Shown one piece after another: positions 47,733 to 57,362 of a stretch of 64,000 bases of DNA. The notes below the pieces were generated by a model, which saw only the letters and a list, made by a program, of their open reading frames with translations, made no database searches and was not told where the DNA came from. The stretch lies in assembly GCA_029933125.1 (NCBI GenBank), contig JAOZOU010000001.1:392702-456701 (forward strand), in the 5' to 3' direction. Each line of letters opens with the position of its first letter. Position 1 is the first letter of the stretch. This DNA is from a bacterium (lineage in GTDB: Bacteria > Arandabacterota > Arandabacteria > Arandabacterales > Arandabacteraceae). Made by a program: the position numbers and the translations under genes.

Positions 47733-49727
47733 ATGTTGCTCAAGTTTACCCCTTCGAGTGTCGATAAGACATGTGGAGGTGTCTACACTCGGAGGAGAAT
47801 CTTGTCCTCAGAGACAACAGTTGCTCGTGACCCATTTGAGGACCTCCTGCTCAAGGAAGGGCTGGTAACCGAGGAGCAGCTCAAGCGCGCCCACCGCATT
47901 ATTGCACGAATGCAGCATCCCCGACCAGTCGGGGAAGTGCTCGTGCAAATGGGTCAACTAGCGCGCTCAGAGCATGAGCGTATCCTCCGCCTTTACCGTT
48001 CCCAACTCAGTATTGTCAAAATCCTCGAGGAAGAAGGTGCACTCGATGCGAAAAAGGTGGCTCGCTATGAAAAGCTCAAGGCTGACAATCCTCATTACAG
48101 CGAGCGTGAACTCCTGGTCGGGAGCGATCTCGTAACTGAGGAACAATTCCTTAAGGCTCTTTCAGTCAAGCATGATATCCCTTACGTCGAACCCGACGTT
48201 AGCCTAGTTGATACGAAGCTTCTCGACAAGGTATCCATCACTTACCTCATTCGCAACCAAGCCCTTCCCTTCAGAGTTAGCGACGGACATCTCAACGTCA
48301 TAATGGCAGATCCTCTCAATGCAGAGCTTATTCAGGAGCTTGAGCGAACATATCACATGCCCGTAAGGGCATGTACTGCGCCATCAAACAAGATTGTCGA
48401 TGCCATCAAGACGCTTGAAAGATTGCGCGACTCTGGCGAAGACGTAACAACAACCCTTGAATACCATGAGATCCATGAAACACCTGCCAGTGACGACTCC
48501 AGCGAAGGGGCAATAAGAATAGTCGATCACCTCCTCTACGAAGCTATCAAGTTGGGAGCAAGTGATCTCCACATAGAACCCATGAGGAGCAAGATAAGGG
48601 TAAGGGTAAGGGTTGATGGCGTGCTCCGCCATCTCACCGATCTCCCCGTCGATTTCACGCCCAGGGTTATTTCACGTGTGAAGATTCTCGCTTCCATGGA
48701 CATAGCGGAGCGCCGCCTTCATCAGGACGGGCGCTTTTTCGTTCGTACCGATGGTAGAGACATTGACATAAGGGTTTCATCCTATGCTTCCATATCAGGT
48801 GAGACCCTTGTGCTACGCCTTCTTGATCGCCGGCGTGGGCTTATTCCGATTGACTCACTTGGTTTTGAACCCAGGGTTCTTACGACCTTGCGTGAGATTG
48901 TCCTAAGGGCTTCATCTGGACTTATCCTAGTTACAGGTCCCACCGGTAGCGGCAAGACGACAACCATGTATTCGTTTGTTGATTATATAAACGACGAAAC
49001 CATCAAGGTCATCACATGTGAGAATCCAGTGGAGTATGTTCTCGAGGGCACAACCCAGTGCTCGGTCAACGAAAAGACAGGACCAACATTTGCAGACTCT
49101 CTCAAGGCAATCGTAAGACAGGATCCGGATGTGATTGTTGTAGGTGAGATTCGCGATCAAACAACAGCATCTATGGCCGCCGAGGCAGCCCTGACAGGTC
49201 ATATGGTCCTCGCAACATTTCATACTGAGGATTCTGTCTCTGCCGTTATTCGCTTGCTTGACATGGGGCTTGAACCTTTTCTCGTATCTTCGACCCTACG
49301 CTGCGTAGTTGCCCAAAGACTTGTACGCAAGATCTGCCGCAACTGCATACAACCAGGCAGGTACACAAGAAGAGATTTACGCTACTTGGGACTTACAAGT
49401 GAGGATCTGAGTGGTATTCCCATAATGGAAGGAGCAGGCTGTGCAAAGTGCGGAGGATCAGGCTATAAGGGGCGCACAGGGATTCATGAAGTCCTTCTGC
49501 TCGATGATGACTTCCGTGATGCTATTCTACGCAAAGCCCCCTCAAAGGAACTGAGGATTGCAGCTCGCAAAATAAAGGGCTTCCTTACACTTCAGGAAGA
49601 CGGCATGCTCAAGGTTGTTTCGGGCATAACAACACTTTCTGAGATAGCTGACAACGCACCGCGCGATCCAGACGCACGTCCCGTTGCGATGATCCGCGAG
49701 GTCGCCGCTATGAGGAGGCTTAAGTGA
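47733..49727 (+). CDS. GspE/PilB/MshE-family secretion ATPase with N-terminal tandem MshEN-like (c-di-GMP-binding type) motifs. It is orphan, with no other T2SS/T4P genes nearby.
   Basis: It has Walker A (LVTGPTGSGKTT), Asp and His boxes, and a tetracysteine (CRNC...CAKCGGSGYKGR). The N-terminal region carries three repeats resembling the MshEN motif (FEDLLLKEGLVTEEQLKRAHRI, VGEVLVQMGQLARSEHERILRL, ERELLVGSDLVTEEQFLKALSV). Confidence 0.85.
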   Translation: MLLKFTPSSVDKTCGGVYTRRRILSSETTVARDPFEDLLLKEGLVTEEQLKRAHRIIARMQHPRPVGEVLVQMGQLARSEHERILRLYRSQLSIVKILEEEGALDAKKVARYEKLKADNPHYSERELLVGSDLVTEEQFLKALSVKHDIPYVEPDVSLVDTKLLDKVSITYLIRNQALPFRVSDGHLNVIMADPLNAELIQELERTYHMPVRACTAPSNKIVDAIKTLERLRDSGEDVTTTLEYHEIHETPASDDSSEGAIRIVDHLLYEAIKLGASDLHIEPMRSKIRVRVRVDGVLRHLTDLPVDFTPRVISRVKILASMDIAERRLHQDGRFFVRTDGRDIDIRVSSYASISGETLVLRLLDRRRGLIPIDSLGFEPRVLTTLREIVLRASSGLILVTGPTGSGKTTTMYSFVDYINDETIKVITCENPVEYVLEGTTQCSVNEKTGPTFADSLKAIVRQDPDVIVVGEIRDQTTASMAAEAALTGHMVLATFHTEDSVSAVIRLLDMGLEPFLVSSTLRCVVAQRLVRKICRNCIQPGRYTRRDLRYLGLTSEDLSGIPIMEGAGCAKCGGSGYKGRTGIHEVLLLDDDFRDAILRKAPSKELRIAARKIKGFLTLQEDGMLKVVSGITTLSEIADNAPRDPDARPVAMIREVAAMRRLK

Positions 49728-50584
49728 TGGACACTGAGACAATTGCTGTTGAGCCCCTTACTGATCAGATAAGGAAGGCGGTTGAGGCTGGAAAACTCTC
49801 TCTTCCGCCACTACCAAGAATCGTTAACCAGCTCGAGGAACTTCTTGCTGATAGTGAGCGAGCAAGTTCGAAGGAAGTCGCAAACCTCATACGCAATGAG
49901 CCTGCAATAGCAGCAAGTCTGCTGCGAATGGCCAATTCAGCTGCATTCGGTGGGCTTCATCCCATCTCCAATCTCACCCACGCTATAGCCCGACTGGGCT
50001 TCAAGCAGGTTTCATCTGTTGTGACAGCTCTGGCACATAGCAGCCACTTCCATTCTGATGATCCCGCAATGAAGCGCTGGCTCGAAACCCTCTGGGGCCA
50101 TGCAGTTGCAACTGCACTCGGAGCAAGAGCGGTTGCAAACCTTACGGCTGGTGATCCCGAAGAAGCCTTTATGGCTGGACTTTTGCACGATACAGGAAAA
50201 CTCCTCGTTCTTAAGGCAGTTGACTATATCGAAAACAAACGCAAGCTGGCGGTGGTCACGCCCACGGTGCTGGATGAGCTCATGGATATACTCCATACCG
50301 AACTTGGTCACCGCACACTTGTGGCCTGGCATCTACCTCAGGAGATTTGTGAGGTCGCTCTGCGGCATCACGATAAGAACCTTGATCTCGGTGACTCACT
50401 CATAATCCGCGTGCAGGTCGCTGATGCGATAGCTCGCAAGATAGGGGAACATCCTGAGCCGAGGCCAGACCTTGATCTCCTTGAGGTTCCTGCTGTTGAG
50501 CAGTTAAGCCTTGACGATATTGAGCTCGCAAGCTTGACCGTTGATCTTGAGGACGAGATTGCTGAGGTCAAACAGCTCCTCTAG
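49724..50584 (+). CDS. HDOD-domain protein translationally coupled to the GspE-like ATPase.
   Basis: HDOD hallmarks are present (LPPLPRIVNQLEELL, EPAIAASLLRMANSAAFG, GLLHDTGKL, HH). Its ATG overlaps the ATPase stop as ATGA. Confidence 0.75.
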   Translation: MMDTETIAVEPLTDQIRKAVEAGKLSLPPLPRIVNQLEELLADSERASSKEVANLIRNEPAIAASLLRMANSAAFGGLHPISNLTHAIARLGFKQVSSVVTALAHSSHFHSDDPAMKRWLETLWGHAVATALGARAVANLTAGDPEEAFMAGLLHDTGKLLVLKAVDYIENKRKLAVVTPTVLDELMDILHTELGHRTLVAWHLPQEICEVALRHHDKNLDLGDSLIIRVQVADAIARKIGEHPEPRPDLDLLEVPAVEQLSLDDIELASLTVDLEDEIAEVKQLL

Positions 50585-50630
50585 GAGATCTCGTCAAAGC
50601 CGATATGATATTGCCTGAGAAAAATCTCCA

Positions 50631-51674
50631 TCATGAGACAACTATGTTGAGCTTCTCGCCGCACTCACTGCAAGATGTATCTTTGAGGCCAACTTTGCGG
50701 GATGTAAATCCATAGCGCTCTATGACGAGGTTCCCACACTTCGGACACCATGTATGCTCATATCTGCCACCCGGCAGATTTCCAGCATAGACATACTTAA
50801 GCCCCCTGGCTTTTCCGATTTCAAGCGCTTTGAAGATACTTTCGGGCTGCGTCCAGGGCTTGCTTCTCTGTTTATAGTGAGGATAGAAACGCGAAACATG
50901 CCACGGAATCTCCGGTGAAACCGATACTATGAAGTCCGCGATCTCAGTTATTTCATCAGGTGAGTCATTCTCCCCCGGAATCAAGAGGGTTGTCACCTCA
51001 AGGAAGATGCCAGCTTCGTGCATTGCCTTGATCGCCTCAAGCACAGGGCGTAGGCGTGCGCCACATCTCTCTCGATAGAATCGATCACTGAAGGCTTTGA
51101 GATCAACATTGGCTGCATCGATAACTCCTGCCATCTTATCAATTGCATCTCGTGACTCATAGCCATTGGTTACAAAGATGTTCTTGAGACCAAGATCGTG
51201 CGCAATCCTTCCGGTATCGATTGCAAATTCGAAAAATACCGTCGGCTCAGTATAGGTATACGCTATGCTCTGGCAACCCCTCTGGCGGGCGTCACCAGCG
51301 ATCTCCTCAGGTTGAAACTCTTCACCATAAATCCTGCCGCCGTCATGGGAAACCTGGGATATCTCCCAGTTCTGGCAGAAATCACAGAAGAAATTGCACC
51401 CAACAGTTGCAATTGAATACGTCATCGTGCCTGGCAAGAAATGATAGAGAGGCTTTTTCTCAACGGGATCTATCGCTCGCGTGATGAGCTTACCGTAGAC
51501 GAGCGAATAGAGCGTGCCGTTGGAGTTAAGTCTGACTCCACAGATTCCCCGCTTGCCATCGGCTATCACACAGCGATGGGCACAGAGAAAACAAAGCACA
51601 TCGCCATTTTTCTTCTTCCAGAGCATTGCTTCCTTCATGCTTGCCTCCACGCAACATGGTAGCCATTTCACCAT
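50631..51674 (-). CDS. AmmeMemoRadiSam-system radical SAM enzyme (AmrS; pyruvate formate-lyase activating enzyme-like).
   Basis: It has CNFFCDFCQN (CxxxCxxC), an N-terminal Cys pair (CFLCAHRCV) and C-terminal CPKCG...CSECG. The overall similarity is to the AmrS family. Confidence 0.75.
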   Translation of the reverse strand: MVKWLPCCVEASMKEAMLWKKKNGDVLCFLCAHRCVIADGKRGICGVRLNSNGTLYSLVYGKLITRAIDPVEKKPLYHFLPGTMTYSIATVGCNFFCDFCQNWEISQVSHDGGRIYGEEFQPEEIAGDARQRGCQSIAYTYTEPTVFFEFAIDTGRIAHDLGLKNIFVTNGYESRDAIDKMAGVIDAANVDLKAFSDRFYRERCGARLRPVLEAIKAMHEAGIFLEVTTLLIPGENDSPDEITEIADFIVSVSPEIPWHVSRFYPHYKQRSKPWTQPESIFKALEIGKARGLKYVYAGNLPGGRYEHTWCPKCGNLVIERYGFTSRKVGLKDTSCSECGEKLNIVVS

Positions 51675-51764
51675 CTAATGTAAAGGAGGAGGAAAGGATG
51701 GGAAAAACCAAAGCATTGACACTTCCTCTTTCCCGGGTAATATAGCAAGTGAAAGGAGGATGGA

Positions 51765-52217
51765 ATGTCAAACTCAAGTGTTGATGAGATTCTCAAGTTT
51801 GCAATCGATAAGGAAAGGGATGCCATAAGTTTCTATGAGCTGTTGGTGCAAAAGGTTGATGATCCTCTTGTGAGGGATGAGATTCTCAAGATGGCTGATG
51901 AGGAACGCAAACATGAGAAGCTCCTCAAGAACATCTCCCCGAAGCAAATATCTATGGCACATCAACCTTTTGAGAGTGATATGAAGATTGGTGACTATGT
52001 GGACGATGTCTCCGTTAGAAAAGATATGACCTATCGCGAACTTCTCATGATAGCCATGAAACGCGAGAAGATGGCTTACGACTTTTACACAGAACTTGAA
52101 CTGAGAGCCTCAGACGATGCTACACGTAAGGTCTTCACACTTCTCAAGGGGGAGGAACTGAGACACAAAACCAAACTCGAGAAGGAATATGAAAAAGGCA
52201 TAATGCGAGAGGATTGA
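51765..52217 (+). CDS. Rubrerythrin/ferritin-like diiron protein lacking a rubredoxin domain.
   Basis: Two ExxH motifs in a four-helix pattern are present (ADEERKHEKLL and LKGEELRHKTKLE). The product is 150 aa. Confidence 0.6.
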   Translation: MSNSSVDEILKFAIDKERDAISFYELLVQKVDDPLVRDEILKMADEERKHEKLLKNISPKQISMAHQPFESDMKIGDYVDDVSVRKDMTYRELLMIAMKREKMAYDFYTELELRASDDATRKVFTLLKGEELRHKTKLEKEYEKGIMRED

Positions 52218-52223
52218 ATCAAG

Positions 52224-52877
52224 TTGCTGACCGGCAAGTCCATCCCTTTCTTCCGAAGATCTTTTACACTGCTTCTCCTTCTGCCCCTTTTTGGGCAAGT
52301 TGCCAATGCATCCCCACCCCCTCCATCACGCTTTTTCTCTGTTGATGCGGGATATGTCACAACAAGTAGCTCAAACTACGGTAACGGCTTAGTTTATGGA
52401 ATAAGCATCATAGAGGGTGAAGGGAGAATTGGCTTTGCAATTGTGACGTCAGCCTTCTCAAACTCGATCTTCTATGATGCAGAAGTTATGTCGGGTGAGG
52501 CACAAAAGATTTACCGTTATGAGGAGAAGTTCTCCGACTTTTACATTACCATTCTAGCAACTTTTCGACCCAGTATCTTCGATAGCAGCAGCCGGATCCT
52601 TGGCGGAATTGGTCCTCAGGTCCATTTCCTGAGAGCAACCAAGTACTATATCACTGATGGCTATTCTGTATCAGCTCGGGATTTCCGCCTTGGCATGGGC
52701 ATCTGGTTAAGATTCCATAGGCAGATCCACATCTTCGGGAATACCGCTATCGTGATAACTGCCACCCATTCGTGGGCTCAAGGCGCAGGTGAAAATATTG
52801 AACCATTTGAATACACGGTTCCGGATGAGGGATTGGCTTTCCCAGCAGTAACTGCTGGGCTTGCTTTCCCTTTCTAG
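52224..52877 (+). CDS. Putative outer-membrane beta-barrel protein.
   Basis: It has a signal peptide, alternating hydrophobic beta-strand pattern, and a C-terminal ...AGLAFPF aromatic terminus typical of outer-membrane proteins. Confidence 0.4.
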   Translation: MLTGKSIPFFRRSFTLLLLLPLFGQVANASPPPPSRFFSVDAGYVTTSSSNYGNGLVYGISIIEGEGRIGFAIVTSAFSNSIFYDAEVMSGEAQKIYRYEEKFSDFYITILATFRPSIFDSSSRILGGIGPQVHFLRATKYYITDGYSVSARDFRLGMGIWLRFHRQIHIFGNTAIVITATHSWAQGAGENIEPFEYTVPDEGLAFPAVTAGLAFPF

Positions 52878-52886
52878 TCGAGCACC

Positions 52887-53585
52887 ATGTCTCTTCTTGA
52901 AGACCTTATTGCAAGTGTGCACTCGAGCAACGATCGCGTGAAACGTATCGTCTACGGGCCCCGCTGGATACTCGTTGAGGGTACAAGGTGCGGACTTGCT
53001 CGCAACTTCGGAAACCCCGAGACCCCACGTATCGATCAAACCCTCGCTGGAAAGCCTATGGCAGATCTCCTCAAGATGGCGTTGTCCGACGAATCATGTG
53101 AAGCGGCAGTGGGGCTGGCTAGTCTAAACAGTCTTCTCATAGCGAAGGCGGAGTTTGAAAGTTTTCGTATTAGCTATCTGCCGAGAGCAAGCGGAAAGCG
53201 CGTAATGATAGTAGGTCAGGTAAGTTTTATGGACAACCTTCGCGAAACAGCAGCTGAGGTGCGAAGTGTATCTCCAGAGGAGATTCGAAACTCGCAAGAT
53301 CTTGAAGCTGCCAGACGAGACATGGTCCTCATCTCAGCCAATCATGTGCCCCTAGACGAAATTGAGAATCTACTCGAGCTTACAGGCAGTGCCTATACAA
53401 TCATATTTGGTGCTCCGACACCGCTTTCACCACTTGTTTTCAACTACGGCTGTGATCAGCTTGTAGGTGCAATGGTAACCAATCCAGAGCAAGCCATAAA
53501 CCAGGTGCTCAAGGCTGACGAGGATTTCGAGCTTTCAGCAGCTTTCAGACCTGTTGTAATGGCAAGACATCAGCAATCGAGGTAA
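52887..53585 (+). CDS. DUF4213/DUF364-type Rossmann-like protein (putative metal-chelation domain family).
   Basis: It is a two-lobed protein of 232 aa with the VGxV...GAPTPL pattern of DUF364. The assignment is from memory of family traits. Confidence 0.45.
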   Translation: MSLLEDLIASVHSSNDRVKRIVYGPRWILVEGTRCGLARNFGNPETPRIDQTLAGKPMADLLKMALSDESCEAAVGLASLNSLLIAKAEFESFRISYLPRASGKRVMIVGQVSFMDNLRETAAEVRSVSPEEIRNSQDLEAARRDMVLISANHVPLDEIENLLELTGSAYTIIFGAPTPLSPLVFNYGCDQLVGAMVTNPEQAINQVLKADEDFELSAAFRPVVMARHQQSR

Positions 53586-55012
53586 AGCTGGATCTCGATA
53601 GGATGGGGATGGCGCGAGATTTCACGCACCTCTTTGGTTTTTATATCTATCCAGGTCTCAATGAGATCACGTGTAAAGACATCTCTTCTGAGCAAGAATT
53701 CATGATCTTCACGCAAGGCCTCAAGTGCCTCTTGGAGACTGAAGGGAACAGGCTGAATACCTCTCGACTCCATATCGTTGAGCCCGAAAACGTTGAGATC
53801 ATAAGGTCCAAAACCCTCTTCCTCTGGATCGATACCCTGGATTATGCCGTCAATTCCTGCCAGAAGCATTGCAGCCATGCTAAGGTAGGGATTGCCGCTA
53901 GCGTCAGATGGGCGGAATTCAACTCTTGCCTCCCGCGCAAGTGCCAGACCCTTCGGGATTCTCACCGCTGCGCTCCTATTGCCAACACCGTAAACAAAAC
54001 AGGTTGGAGCCTCAAATCCTGGAACAAGCCTGCGATATGAGTTGGTGCTGGCACATGTGAAGGCGAGTAGAGATCTACCATGCCTAAGTAAGCCGCCAAT
54101 ATAGTTGAGAGCGATCTTGCTCAGATTGCCATATCCACCCTTCCTGAAGAAAATGTTCCTGCCTCGCTTGATGAGATGCTGATGAAAGTGCATCCCATTG
54201 CCTGGCTGACCATGGAGGGGTTTGGGAATGAAGGTTGCTACAACGCCTTCCCGAGCTGCCGCTATCTTTATAAGGTACTTGGCAATAAGGATGTGGTCAC
54301 CCGTAAGCCTGGGAGTATTGGGCCGAATTTCAATTTCGCACTGACCGGCTGAACCCACCTCGTGATGTGAGTACTTTACCGGGATACCTGCTTGCTCCAT
54401 AGCAGAGACCATTGAGCACCGTAATGCCCAGAACTTGTCACCGGGAGGCATAGCATGATAACCCGCCTTATCAATCAGCCATGGGAAGTGCCTGCTGTAG
54501 GACGACGGCACAAGACCCGCTTCACCTGATGTGATTGCATAGCCTGTGGCGTGTGGTAAACCCAACACCTCAACGTCATCAAGAAGGTTGAACTCAAGCT
54601 CCGGCATGAAGAAAGCCTTATCAGCAATTCCTGTTGTCACCAGGAAGCGTTCAGCTTTTTCAACAACAAGTCTTGGGTCTCTTGAGAAAGGCTTGCCAGT
54701 ATCCACCTCGACACAATTACAAATGAAACTTGCCGACCGCGTTGAATCGCCCTCCTCAATGAAATAGGTTTCGGGATCTGGTATCAGTCTGAGATCACCA
54801 CTTTCAAGGCGGGTAAAGCCAGCTACACTTGAGCCGTCGAATGCCACACCTCTGTCAAAAGTGTGAGGGCCAAAATTCGAGATGGGTACTGTAACCTGAT
54901 GCCATCTACCAATAAGATCAGCAAATCTCAGATTTACATATCCAGCATGCGACCGCTTGATAGCATCTATCGCGCGCTTGATAGCATTGGCCCTCCGTGC
55001 CATCCTTTCCAC
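53570..55012 (-). CDS. glnA: Glutamine synthetase type I.
   Basis: It has VNLRFADLIG, FDGSSVAGF, HHEVGSAGQCEI, GNGMHFHQ and RIP motifs in a 480-aa product. Confidence 0.9.
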   Translation of the reverse strand: MERMARRANAIKRAIDAIKRSHAGYVNLRFADLIGRWHQVTVPISNFGPHTFDRGVAFDGSSVAGFTRLESGDLRLIPDPETYFIEEGDSTRSASFICNCVEVDTGKPFSRDPRLVVEKAERFLVTTGIADKAFFMPELEFNLLDDVEVLGLPHATGYAITSGEAGLVPSSYSRHFPWLIDKAGYHAMPPGDKFWALRCSMVSAMEQAGIPVKYSHHEVGSAGQCEIEIRPNTPRLTGDHILIAKYLIKIAAAREGVVATFIPKPLHGQPGNGMHFHQHLIKRGRNIFFRKGGYGNLSKIALNYIGGLLRHGRSLLAFTCASTNSYRRLVPGFEAPTCFVYGVGNRSAAVRIPKGLALAREARVEFRPSDASGNPYLSMAAMLLAGIDGIIQGIDPEEEGFGPYDLNVFGLNDMESRGIQPVPFSLQEALEALREDHEFLLRRDVFTRDLIETWIDIKTKEVREISRHPHPIEIQLYLDC

Positions 55013-55013
55013 C

Positions 55014-56216
55014 TCACTTGGATGGTTGGAATCCCAGAATTGATCTTATGATGGCGTTAAGGTCAGTATTATCGTGTATGCCACCAAACATCTTATTTCC
55101 AGGGCCACTTGCAAAAACCGGGACCATGTTGCCAGTGTGGTATCCAGATGTCCACTGCACTATGGGACACTGCTCACCTACAAGACTCTCGAGGTCATCA
55201 TAGGATGGATACCCATATTCGTCACCGGTGATTCCAGGTCCACCACAGTCATGGTCAGCTGTCACAACTATGGTAAAGAGAGAATCCTCCTCCTGGAAAT
55301 GCATAGCCCTTCCGATTGCGTCATCAAATGCCAGAAACTCTCCAATTGCATCACTTATGGAATTATCATGCTCAGCATGGTCGATCCTTCCACCCTCGAC
55401 AACGAGGAGAAACCCATCAGGGTCCTGAGACAGAACATCGAGTGCAACTTGTGTCATCTCACCAAGTGAAGGCACCTCTGTTTCAAGTCTTGATCGCTCG
55501 AAGGGAAGATTCTCGCGACTGAATAGTCCGAGGATTCTCTCTCCGTCAAAATCGAGAAGCCCCTTACGATCAAGCACGACTTCGAAACCATTCTTCCTTG
55601 CGACTTCGAGAAGATCCCTTCCATCATCCCGCATACCACTGTCTGGAGGTAGAAAGTACCAGTAGCCGCCACCGAGAACAACACTCGCAGGTCCGCCAAT
55701 GATCTGTTCAGCAATTTCAGGGTGCATTTCACGTGCGGGTACATGGGCTAAGAACGATGCAGGAGTTGCATCCGTTACAGATGTGGTGGTAACAACCCCC
55801 ACTGACATCCCCCCCCTGGCAGCCACCTCGAAAAGATTCTCAAGAACAGTACTATCCCGGCTCATGCCAACCATACCGTTAGCAGTCTTGTGACCAGTTG
55901 CAAGAGCAGTACCTGAAGCAGCCGAATCTGTGACAGGACCTGTAGCAGAATGCGTGGTTACATAGCCAGAAGTGCCAGAGTTAGCAAGATCGATGAGGTT
56001 AAGCTCAGTACCAAGCGAGATCTCCGAGTAGATCTTTGCTATGCTTAGGATGCCCACACCCATTCCGTCCCCTATGAAGAGAACCAAACTGTGACTCTGC
56101 GGCAGTCTCGATTGTTCTGCTGGCTCGCTGTGCTCATATGTACGAAAGCGTGCTGGCGCACAAGCCAGACTGATGAGAAGCACCCCAACAAAAATCAATC
56201 CAAGACGTCGTATCAA
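55014..56216 (-). CDS. Secreted alkaline phosphatase of the PhoA family.
   Basis: It has a signal peptide, LFIGDGMG, the active-site DSAASGTA, EGGRIDHAEHDN and VTADHDCGG motifs. Confidence 0.85.
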   Translation of the reverse strand: MIRRLGLIFVGVLLISLACAPARFRTYEHSEPAEQSRLPQSHSLVLFIGDGMGVGILSIAKIYSEISLGTELNLIDLANSGTSGYVTTHSATGPVTDSAASGTALATGHKTANGMVGMSRDSTVLENLFEVAARGGMSVGVVTTTSVTDATPASFLAHVPAREMHPEIAEQIIGGPASVVLGGGYWYFLPPDSGMRDDGRDLLEVARKNGFEVVLDRKGLLDFDGERILGLFSRENLPFERSRLETEVPSLGEMTQVALDVLSQDPDGFLLVVEGGRIDHAEHDNSISDAIGEFLAFDDAIGRAMHFQEEDSLFTIVVTADHDCGGPGITGDEYGYPSYDDLESLVGEQCPIVQWTSGYHTGNMVPVFASGPGNKMFGGIHDNTDLNAIIRSILGFQPSK

Positions 56217-56270
56217 TCCTTACCCCCTTTAGACGAGGTTAGCTAATATCAGCACCAAGAGCAACAAATT

Positions 56271-56735
56271 CTAGGCAGCAATTATCTCATTTATGATAGC
56301 AGCGAGCTCGTGCGCTGCATTCTCCACGGCTTCACTCATCGCCTCACCCACTCTCGTTGTCTCGGGCTGTATGGCGAGAAAGAAAACTGTAGCTCCCGAC
56401 TGACACTCAATGTAGTCAGAAAAAATGGTAAGAATTGCATCGTGGGTCGATGCTCCACCACCAGTTATTTGCTCCTTACGAACAAGCCTGATTTCACCAG
56501 GTTTGCCCCCAAAGTAGGCAGCATCGATTATCACTACCTTCTCAGGTTTGAGATTTGCTATCTTGCCCAGGAAATTCTCAGGCGTCTCCCCACAATTTAT
56601 GACCTTCACCCTATCTGTTTCCTCAATAAGCCGAGCAAGCAGAGGTCCCACTGCATCATCTCCACGCATCTCATTACCGATGCAGGCAATTACAACCTTC
56701 CCTGAAAGAATGCTGGCGAGGGCTGTTCGATCCAT
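56271..56735 (-). CDS. hycI: [NiFe]-hydrogenase maturation endopeptidase of the HycI/HyaD family.
   Basis: It has VVIACIGNEMRGDDAVGPLLA and the CGETPENF/IIDA pattern, and lies at the end of the hydrogenase operon. Confidence 0.8.
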   Translation of the reverse strand: MDRTALASILSGKVVIACIGNEMRGDDAVGPLLARLIEETDRVKVINCGETPENFLGKIANLKPEKVVIIDAAYFGGKPGEIRLVRKEQITGGGASTHDAILTIFSDYIECQSGATVFFLAIQPETTRVGEAMSEAVENAAHELAAIINEIIAA

Positions 56736-56753
56736 GTTGAGATGCGCCTTGCC

Positions 56754-57362
56754 CTATGCCCCCAGCTGAATCTTGCGGCGACACTTGGCGCAAAGCATCC
56801 TAACCACATCGTGCCTGCCAGGTTCAAGCTCCTTTTCTCGAGGAGGTAGTTGATCAAGAACCTTGGTATCTTGCAATGCGGTAAGTATCAGGGTGGGATT
56901 TGAGAAGGCAAGTGGACCAAGTCGCTTGGTGACCCAGCGAATATGATCTTTGGTCGAGATCACATCACCACAAACTTCACAAAGAACCAATTCCTTCTCG
57001 ACACTTGTTCTGGCCTGACTTCTATCAAAATAGATCATGTCGTATTCACGTGTCAGCTTAACTCCCTTACCAGTTATGCAATTTGCCTCACACTGCCCAC
57101 ACTGGATACATTTATCATAGTAGAGGGTAATAACGCGTTTGCGCTCGTCAAGATTGTCAACAACCTTGATATCATTCGCGGGGCAAACCATTGCACAGGC
57201 TCCACAGCCCACACATTCGTCATCATCGAACTTAGGCTTACCTCTAAATCGCTTCTGGGGTTCCAAAGGCTCTTTGGGAAAGGGATGAGTATACGGTCCT
57301 TTGAAAAGGGCAGTTAGTGCCTCCTTAAGTAGCGTTGCCTGAAGAATCCCTGGTAACTTCAT
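56754..57362 (-). CDS. 2x[4Fe-4S] ferredoxin subunit of a group-4 hydrogenase / complex I NuoI family (HycF/MbhN-like) with an extra C-terminal Cys-rich extension.
   Basis: It has CVGCGACAMVCP and CIQCGQCEANC motifs, plus additional CEVCGD...CAKCRRK pairs. Confidence 0.75.
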   Translation of the reverse strand: MKLPGILQATLLKEALTALFKGPYTHPFPKEPLEPQKRFRGKPKFDDDECVGCGACAMVCPANDIKVVDNLDERKRVITLYYDKCIQCGQCEANCITGKGVKLTREYDMIYFDRSQARTSVEKELVLCEVCGDVISTKDHIRWVTKRLGPLAFSNPTLILTALQDTKVLDQLPPREKELEPGRHDVVRMLCAKCRRKIQLGA

